DNA of 64,000 nucleotides from Giardia intestinalis (Eukaryota): NCBI GenBank assembly GCA_000002435.2, contig CM018793.1; one strand, 5' to 3'. Shown piece by piece: positions 57,723 to 64,000 of this stretch (position 1 is its first letter; each line of letters starts with the position of its first letter). The notes under the pieces were generated by a model. It saw only the letters and a program-made list of their open reading frames with translations, ran no database searches and was not told where the DNA came from. The position numbers and the translations under genes were made by a program.

Positions 57723-59225
57723 CTATTTCTTGCTCCGAATATACTCGATCACTGCCTTCTCCCCACCACGTTGTGCCCAGTCCAGTACATATTCACCTGC
57801 ATTGTCCTTCTCAGCGCTCTCAGAAGAGAACAGCGCCTTTGCGCAATCAAGATGACCAGTAAACGCGCCCCACATCAGCGCCGTTCTCCCGTCCACATAC
57901 TTCATTCCCTTTTCATGCTCGAGTAGCAAGTGGACGCAAGACAGTCTTCCATTTGCGGCTGCCGCCATAAGAGCAGTGAAGCCATTCATATCAGATATAC
58001 AGGCCTCGTGTGGAACGAGAAGCTTAACGCACTCTTCGCTTCCCTGCTGGGCCGCAGCCATCAGAGCCGTCCACCCGTTCGCGTCTTGCATGCAAACTTC
58101 GTCCAAGAGCAGTCGTGCACACTCTATGTAATCATATGCAGCTGCAAACATGAGGGCTGTACAGCCAACTACATTACGCCCGCCCAGTTGATCCAAGTGG
58201 CGCCGCACAGAGTCAGGATCGTTACGTACGACGGCCAGGATTAGCTCCGTGTCACTGTTATCATCTACATTAACGTCTACAGGAAGGCTATCATGATCAG
58301 GGGAGCTAGATTTTCTATTTTTATTTCGACGCAGAGGGTCGAGCTTGTCAAATAAAGCTGCGTTGGATGCAGATCCAGAGAGCGAGCTCGAGGGGGGCCA
58401 CAGCTGACCAGGGATCTTGCTCGACGTGCTGGACGTCTGTCGTGATGCCGTCTGCGACTGTGCACGGAGCGTGGCCTGGATATCGTCGAACAAAAGGAGC
58501 TCTGCGGCAGAGGAACACTGTACGTCTCCAAGACCACAGCATGCCATGAGGAAACAACGCAAACCAGGTTCGCTACTAAAGAGTTCGCTGGTTTGAATGT
58601 CCTGAGGAGCAAGTCCGGCCATCTTTGCAAAGATTGTACCCAGGTCACGGATATCCTTCTGGCACCGCTCTGCAAGGGGAATCTCCTGTTCTACCGGCTC
58701 TACTAGCCGTGCAGTTATTCTATCTGTACTAAAAATATTAAGATAAGCGTTTCCAGCGGGACCTAAAAGGATACTCTCGGGGGTGATGAAGCCGTGAGTA
58801 ACACACCGGACCTCGCCTCCATGCTTGTATGAAAAGTGAAGATAGCTTAGAGCGGAAAGCAAGTGGGCGGCAATTAGCCATATTTGCGAAATTGGCATTT
58901 GCTGGATTAGACGTCTCTGTTTCTTAAAGAGGTCAGCAAGGGAGCCTCCGGGGCAATAATCTAATTCAACATATGCGTAGCCTGTTTCTTCATTAACTGT
59001 ATAATTGTGACAACTTACTAAATTTTGATGGCTTAACTTATTTGAAAGGCTTTCCAGGTTCTCCACCACTGCTCGAGCAGTAGAACCACAGACAGAAAGA
59101 TCAATCTCTTTCAAGGCCACGACGGCTCCGTCACTCCGACGAACCAAATAGACCGAGCTACGGGGAGTTTGACCCAGGAGGCGTTCCGGCTTGTACTGAG
59201 GGGGCAAACCTATGTCAGCATCCAT
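57723..59225 (-). CDS. NEK-like pseudokinase plus ankyrin-repeat protein
   Basis: N-terminal kinase-like domain with VALKEI (the VAIK lysine) but no GxGxxG, HRD or DFG. C-terminal ankyrin repeats (TALMFAAAYDYIECARLLL, TALMAAAQQGSEECVKLLV, TALMAAAANGRLSCVHLLL, TALMWGAFTGHLDCAKALF). Confidence 0.7.
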   Translation of the reverse strand: MDADIGLPPQYKPERLLGQTPRSSVYLVRRSDGAVVALKEIDLSVCGSTARAVVENLESLSNKLSHQNLVSCHNYTVNEETGYAYVELDYCPGGSLADLFKKQRRLIQQMPISQIWLIAAHLLSALSYLHFSYKHGGEVRCVTHGFITPESILLGPAGNAYLNIFSTDRITARLVEPVEQEIPLAERCQKDIRDLGTIFAKMAGLAPQDIQTSELFSSEPGLRCFLMACCGLGDVQCSSAAELLLFDDIQATLRAQSQTASRQTSSTSSKIPGQLWPPSSSLSGSASNAALFDKLDPLRRNKNRKSSSPDHDSLPVDVNVDDNSDTELILAVVRNDPDSVRRHLDQLGGRNVVGCTALMFAAAYDYIECARLLLDEVCMQDANGWTALMAAAQQGSEECVKLLVPHEACISDMNGFTALMAAAANGRLSCVHLLLEHEKGMKYVDGRTALMWGAFTGHLDCAKALFSSESAEKDNAGEYVLDWAQRGGEKAVIEYIRSKK

Positions 59226-60637
59226 TAAAAAACGACAGTAGTGCTGGCTTTTCCTATCTATACGTTTTATTTTAATAAATTATGCTCACAAAAGCACAGT
59301 CATAAAATTTCTTCTTGAGCTTTAAAACAACTGCAAGTACCCTAGTCAGACACATAATTGCAACACAGCTCCTGTATGCTTTCCCATGTGATAAATAGTC
59401 GTTAGCTGTAAGCTCTCCTTTAAATGCCCCTATCAGCCTTACAGCATAAAATCCGGAAAGCTGCGGGGTCACTTTCCAGGCAACCACTATTCAAAGGATC
59501 TAGTGATGCAAATTGACGATGACGCCAGGTTATGTCTAAACTATTATGAAAACCAACAGCATAACTCAGCCTACAGTATAGGCTGTAAGGTATACAGTGC
59601 GGATTGATAGCAAGAAAAAGAAACCGCCGACCTGCTGAGTGCATGCCCAAGAACCTAGGATACGGTTAGACAGAGGCTGATGTCTGAAGGCTCTGTTTTA
59701 GGGATCAGTCAGCAAAGAGATGCTGAGATGTTTGTATGTAACAGGCTTTCTGGCGAAATGTAAAGTGTACAGTTAATAAAACCATCGGAACATGGGATAT
59801 CCCATGTCCGACTCCCTTACTTTCTGCAAGCAAGGACACTACCCGACTGTACAAGGCAAACAGTGAATGGCTAGTGTGCACAGTAATTCGTAAGTGACTG
59901 CAGCAGTATCAGTACAACCACTGGCAGTACACCGCAGATACTCATCGAGTGAATATTCAATAGAGCTGCCCTTTTCGATTGCTTCCTTCCGTTCCAAGGA
60001 GCCTTGCAGAAGACAGCGACTGAGAGCAATACGCAAGAGCAATGTGAGGCTTTACTGATTCGCTGAGCTTTTGCTGCCACGCGAGGCACACATAGACGCT
60101 ACTGCTTGTATGCCTACTGCCTTCAGGTCATAGTATTGCGGAGTACAGCTGTAGAGTAAGGTACTTGCTATAGCTGAGCGGCTGTAAACCGGGAGCAGTT
60201 AGAATCTAGTTTTCCACATACTGTTGCGTGGCAAACAAGATGTACACGTGATATTTTTGGAAAAGGTCTACAGTTCCGAAGACAAAAGCCACAACAAACA
60301 GCATGCACATCTCACTTGTACAGACAGTGCCTACTCATGTGAGAAATCAAGACATACAGGGCTGGAACGTTGGAACTATGTGAGTGTGCGTGGATTCTGG
60401 TGTGCGCGTTAGCATAAGCCATACAAGACTATAACATGGGGAAAAAGCTTCTTAGAGGAAAGGATTTATAAATATAATTTTGCTATTTTGAAAGTAAATT
60501 CCTGGAGGTCACAGGTGAACACGCCGATCTATCGTGACATCAACTCCAGCACAAAATGATTTCTAGTAAATAGTAAAGGTGTTCTATTAATAGAATGGTT
60601 TTGGATAGGACAGGAGTATCGTGGAGGAAGCTGGGGC

Positions 60638-61846
60638 TCACATATATCGCCGTTGGAAGTTAATGTAGTCACTGGTAGACAAAACAGAACGAGACGACAA
60701 CACTTCACTTTCTTGCTTCGCCTCCTTGTGAAGGTTCCGAGCAATCTCCGTCTTGCGTTCTTTAATATATGCTATCCGCTGCTTATTCTTTCTTCTGAAG
60801 ATCAGGAACTTTGCAAGAAAGTACAGAGTAAGCCCCAGGATGGCCATGGTTAACAGAACAGTCAGGATGATGAGCCCCAGGAGCAGATGTCTCTTAACAC
60901 CCCGCTGAAGTAATTGGGTTGGGGCACAGAGCATCGAAAAAGAGGAGGAGAAAGTGGCATCCTTATTACAGTTGCACTTATAAGTCTGGGTCTCAGAGTC
61001 TAGCGCACAGGATCCATACCCGGTACAAAAGCTGTTGGTTCGGCCGTCAAAGCAAGTGCGAGGAAGGCAGCTGAAGTTGATAGTACTGTGAGTGATTGTA
61101 TAGTAGCTCTCAAAGCCAGGGAGGCACGACCTGCAGAATGTGCCCGTGTACGGATGGTTGCAGGTGCATGTCTTAGTGGCTATGTTGCAAGTACCGTATC
61201 CGTTGCAGACAGAGGGCTGACCTACTCCATAAAAAGTCATAGATACGCACTCCAGAGGATAACAGCTGTTGTTAACATCGGCAGAAGCCTCGTTACATAC
61301 GCAGCTATAAGTTGTAGATCCAGTTGCCCGAAGGTGTGGCTCACAAGTACCATATCCATTGCAGACAACATTTGGATCCAGGGTTTCTGGGTCCAGACAG
61401 ACCTTTGGGACGCAGACAGGAAGAATGCCTGGGGTCGTTTTTTCTATTGCCACGTCTGGGTTGCAGAACCTACACGGTATTCTATTAACATAAGCATCAA
61501 AGCAAACGCAATTCCCGCCCCCGAAGTCCAGCAGGCAATAGCCTCTCCCCCAGCATTCTGTCTTTTCTTTAGTATTTAGGTCTTCGGTGACACAATTATC
61601 GGCAATACACCTTCCATTTACCGATACAAGATAGTCACGAGCGCACAGACACTTGTGGTTGGTGTTATCGCACAACGCCCCCGGGTAGTTGCTGCAAAAG
61701 CTGTCTGTCAAGGGATCGTAGCAGGCTCTGCTCTGGCATATCCCGTCGCGAGCCATATACTTATCGGAGCAAAGGCATATCTCTTCCTTTGTCTGCGGGT
61801 CTGAAATACAACTGCATCCTATCGCGTTTTTCACACATTCACTCAT
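60638..61846 (-). CDS. Cysteine-rich EGF-like-repeat membrane protein (tenascin/EGF-like type) with a single C-terminal TM and a basic cytoplasmic tail
   Basis: Repeated C-x-G-Y-G-x-C EGF-like cores (CNGYGTCEPH, CNGYGTCNIATKTCTC, CTGYGSCALD, CWGRGYCLLD). TM LLLGLIILTVLLTMAILGLTLYFLAKFLIF, then RRKNKQR. The track start at 61849 is a TTG; the first ATG is at 61846. No obvious N-terminal signal peptide. Confidence 0.6.
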   Translation of the reverse strand: MSECVKNAIGCSCISDPQTKEEICLCSDKYMARDGICQSRACYDPLTDSFCSNYPGALCDNTNHKCLCARDYLVSVNGRCIADNCVTEDLNTKEKTECWGRGYCLLDFGGGNCVCFDAYVNRIPCRFCNPDVAIEKTTPGILPVCVPKVCLDPETLDPNVVCNGYGTCEPHLRATGSTTYSCVCNEASADVNNSCYPLECVSMTFYGVGQPSVCNGYGTCNIATKTCTCNHPYTGTFCRSCLPGFESYYTITHSTINFSCLPRTCFDGRTNSFCTGYGSCALDSETQTYKCNCNKDATFSSSFSMLCAPTQLLQRGVKRHLLLGLIILTVLLTMAILGLTLYFLAKFLIFRRKNKQRIAYIKERKTEIARNLHKEAKQESEVLSSRSVLSTSDYINFQRRYM

Positions 61847-62117
61847 CAAATTAAATGATTAGAGCTTGGACCCTTGTTGAGGCATATACAACGAGCTGCC
61901 CAAAAAACCTGCTGCACCATACGAATGGCTGCTCCGCAGGCCAGTCCAAAACTTTAGAAAAATGCATCGATATAACCGGACGGAAAACTTAGCTATCTTC
62001 GGTACTAGCACCCCAGTATGCTATAGACAACTTTTGACGGATTATCTTGAATGATCACCAAACGACCTACAATAATTCCCTGAATGGCTGTTTTTTTGAA
62101 GTATGGGAGGTTTTTAT

Positions 62118-62351
62118 ATGCAGATCTTCGTCAAGACTCTCACCGGCAAGACCGTCACCCTTGAGGTTGAGCCCACAGATACCATAAACAACATCAAGGC
62201 GAAGATCCAGGACAAGGAGGGAATCCCGCCAGATCAGCAGCGCCTCATCTTCTCCGGCAAGCAGCTCGAGGACAATCGCACCCTCCAGGACTACTCCATC
62301 CAGAAGGATGCCACGCTCCACCTCGTCCTCCGCCTCCGTGGTGGTAACTAA
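62118..62351 (+). CDS. UBQ: Ubiquitin (single, non-fused monomer with one extra C-terminal Asn)
   Basis: [18 protein letters not shown]...[11 protein letters not shown]. The track ORF starts at an upstream ATG at 62103 (MGGFY-); the ubiquitin Met is at 62118. AGTAAAT signal 9 nt after the stop. Confidence 0.9.
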   Translation: MQIFVKTLTGKTVTLEVEPTDTINNIKAKIQDKEGIPPDQQRLIFSGKQLEDNRTLQDYSIQKDATLHLVLRLRGGN

Positions 62352-62359
62352 GTCGGCAG

Positions 62360-62366
62360 AGTAAAT
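62360..62366 (+). promoter_or_regulatory. AGTAAAT putative polyadenylation signal for ubiquitin
   Basis: Exact AGTRAAY match 9 nt after the stop. Confidence 0.5.
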
Positions 62367-62453
62367 TCATGCCGTGATTGCCACCTGGCCCTGATCGGGT
62401 CAGCGTGTGGAGCGGGTTGGAAGGCGTGTGGCGCTGGCCGTGACTGTTCTCTC

Positions 62454-63986
62454 TCAGCTGTTTAGGCTAGAGGACTGCGTGAGAGGCACACTGCCGTCTT
62501 GGGGCCTGACCGAATGCTCTGGGACGGAGGGGGATTGATCAAGCATTGCTGTTGTCAGAACTGCTGCGTTTGATGGGTCCCTCCCAGCAAAGGGTGCGTT
62601 AGCATGTCGGACTTCCTCTTCATCAGCGGTGATGGGGCGGCTGAGGCAGAAGTCCGCTACATCGGGCGTGATTCCCATATCCCCACTGCGGGCTAGAAGA
62701 ATCTCACTGAAATAGGTGGACAGCCCTACCTTACTGGCCCCAGTTGCTGCTCGGCTTCGATCGATGATTAAACCCATGCTCTCTGTCGAGTCAAGATCTT
62801 GAGCTTGTGTCTTTGCAATATCACTACTTGGTGCTCCCTTGCTCTCAAGAAGTCGAGTAGCAGCTATTTGCTGCTGCCTGGCTGTCTGCTTCATCACGTT
62901 GACGTCTGAAACAAGCATATCTGACTCTACACTTCCAGCCACTGCTTGCAATGCCACCTTCGAGCTGTGCATCTTAAGGGCATGCGGAACGTGCGAACCG
63001 TTGACAAAGTCAGTTGGCCCGCTAGCTGAGACGGGGTTATTGGCTGAAATGGATGAGACTTGGGTGATATACTCCTCTGCCCGAGGAGAAAAGACCACTA
63101 AAGGGTTCTCAGCGTTAGATGCGACGCTACAATCATCCACTATTTCATTTATCCCGCAAATAAATGAATTAATGGATATACTCTGGGAGGTGCTCGAAAT
63201 ACTCTTTGAAAGTTGGTGTGTCTGGTGCGCCGATGATGACAAAGATGGCAATGAGGGTTTGCAGGTTACGGACTCAGATAGCTGTGCATGAAGGGGCATC
63301 GACCAGTCACTTTTCGAGTAGTCAGGTGTTGTCAGAACTTCTATGGATTCGCTCGAGCGGTCAGACGAAATTGACACTGGCACAGATACTGATGCTGTGT
63401 CGGATGCGAATGCAGAACGAGTACTAGAAGGTGCCATAACATTCGTTGTTGGAGAATGAGATGGGCTGGACTGGGCGCTTGCACCAGGGATCAGCACGTG
63501 CGAAGATTGCTCATCAGCTAGAGAAGGTGTTGGGTGTCTGGCGAGAACGTCTGAGAAATTTTCTGGATTGCACGGTTGAGACTTACTGCTTTCTGAGTTG
63601 ATATCAGGCGGACTAGGATTCGGCATCTCAATGATGCTGACTGACTCACAAGAATCTGATTGTTTGGCACTGCGAAGGTGACGCTCATATGCAGATTGAA
63701 AGACGTCTGCTACCTCAGAAGCTACACGCTTCTCAAGAGCAAGCAAAAGGGAAGAATTGGCTAAGTAGCTGTCCTCACTGAGATTACTTTCATGACAGGA
63801 TTGCCTCTTAGATTCTTGTTTTGATAGCTTTGCTGGAGGACTCAAAGATGCATAGGTATGTCTGTCTTGTTTGCTGCTTCCCCTTTCCATCTCTGTCTGT
63901 GATACAGTTTGTACCTGTACTTGTACATGTTGCTCCCGTTTTTGTATGGGCGGAAGCCTGGTCAGAGCTTGAGTTCTATGCTCCAT
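62454..63986 (-). CDS. Hypothetical Ser-rich low-complexity protein
   Basis: 510-aa ORF with an ATG start. The upstream region is cut by the window end. Confidence 0.35.
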   Translation of the reverse strand: MEHRTQALTRLPPIQKREQHVQVQVQTVSQTEMERGSSKQDRHTYASLSPPAKLSKQESKRQSCHESNLSEDSYLANSSLLLALEKRVASEVADVFQSAYERHLRSAKQSDSCESVSIIEMPNPSPPDINSESSKSQPCNPENFSDVLARHPTPSLADEQSSHVLIPGASAQSSPSHSPTTNVMAPSSTRSAFASDTASVSVPVSISSDRSSESIEVLTTPDYSKSDWSMPLHAQLSESVTCKPSLPSLSSSAHQTHQLSKSISSTSQSISINSFICGINEIVDDCSVASNAENPLVVFSPRAEEYITQVSSISANNPVSASGPTDFVNGSHVPHALKMHSSKVALQAVAGSVESDMLVSDVNVMKQTARQQQIAATRLLESKGAPSSDIAKTQAQDLDSTESMGLIIDRSRAATGASKVGLSTYFSEILLARSGDMGITPDVADFCLSRPITADEEEVRHANAPFAGRDPSNAAVLTTAMLDQSPSVPEHSVRPQDGSVPLTQSSSLNS

Positions 63987-64000
63987 GCGAACTGTCCCAT

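Noticed and set aside
1-64000. Search for a prokaryotic defence system, toxin-antitoxin pair, integron or other mobile element
   Set aside because: No integrase, transposase, recombinase, restriction-modification, Cas or toxin-antitoxin-like proteins are present. Every confidently identified gene is a eukaryotic housekeeping or Giardia-specific family.

Overview
This window is eukaryotic, not prokaryotic, and almost certainly comes from Giardia intestinalis (lamblia). The evidence in the sequence:
- A 248-aa 14-3-3 protein.
- A single non-fused ubiquitin gene ending ...LRLRGGN.
- Two variant-specific-surface-protein (VSP)-type genes with the invariant ...[11 protein letters not shown](L)CRGKA tail, one of them built from ~12 perfect 105-bp tandem repeats.
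- AGTRAAY poly(A) signals a few nt after stop codons.
- AT-rich initiator-type sequences directly upstream of ATGs.
- Intron-less genes packed on both strands with 1-300 bp spacers.
- An NEK-like pseudokinase/ankyrin family.

The supplied ORF track sometimes starts ORFs at GTG/TTG (prokaryotic-style), so I moved several starts to the first in-frame ATG.

About 36 protein-coding genes are supportable:
- Proteasome and translation: a Rpt6-like 26S proteasome ATPase and eIF1/SUI1.
- Transcription and RNA: an Spt5-like protein and an mRNA cap guanine-N7 methyltransferase.
- Metabolism: cofactor-independent phosphoglycerate mutase, a bacterial-type glucokinase, glycogen synthase, and a MOCOS-N-terminal-like PLP enzyme.
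- Trafficking and biogenesis: a karyopherin-beta, a class-C Vps/RING protein, a Brix-domain ribosome-biogenesis protein, and an MFS transporter.
- Other families: MIP18/CIA2, two tandem HemK2/Mtq2-like methyltransferases, a Ser/Thr kinase, and two NEK-like pseudokinase-ankyrin proteins.
- Large or cysteine-rich proteins: two large WD40/TPR/zinc-ribbon proteins, an EGF-like Cys-rich membrane protein, and a complete tandem-repeat VSP.
- A disrupted VSP-like gene and several hypothetical proteins.

I see no CRISPR array, no mobile element and no prokaryotic defence or toxin system. The features I would look at again are:
- The VSP locus: the perfect repeat array, the upstream VSP-like gene with a broken 5' end, and the GC-rich gene-less spacer between them.
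- A 47-aa DSS1/Sem1-like acidic micro-ORF head-to-head with Rpt6.
- The tandem HemK2-like pair, whose second copy has NPY in place of NPPY.
- Several unusually long ORF-free intervals in an otherwise compact region.
- Extreme gene packing (stop-to-ATG of 6 nt; convergent stops 1 nt apart).
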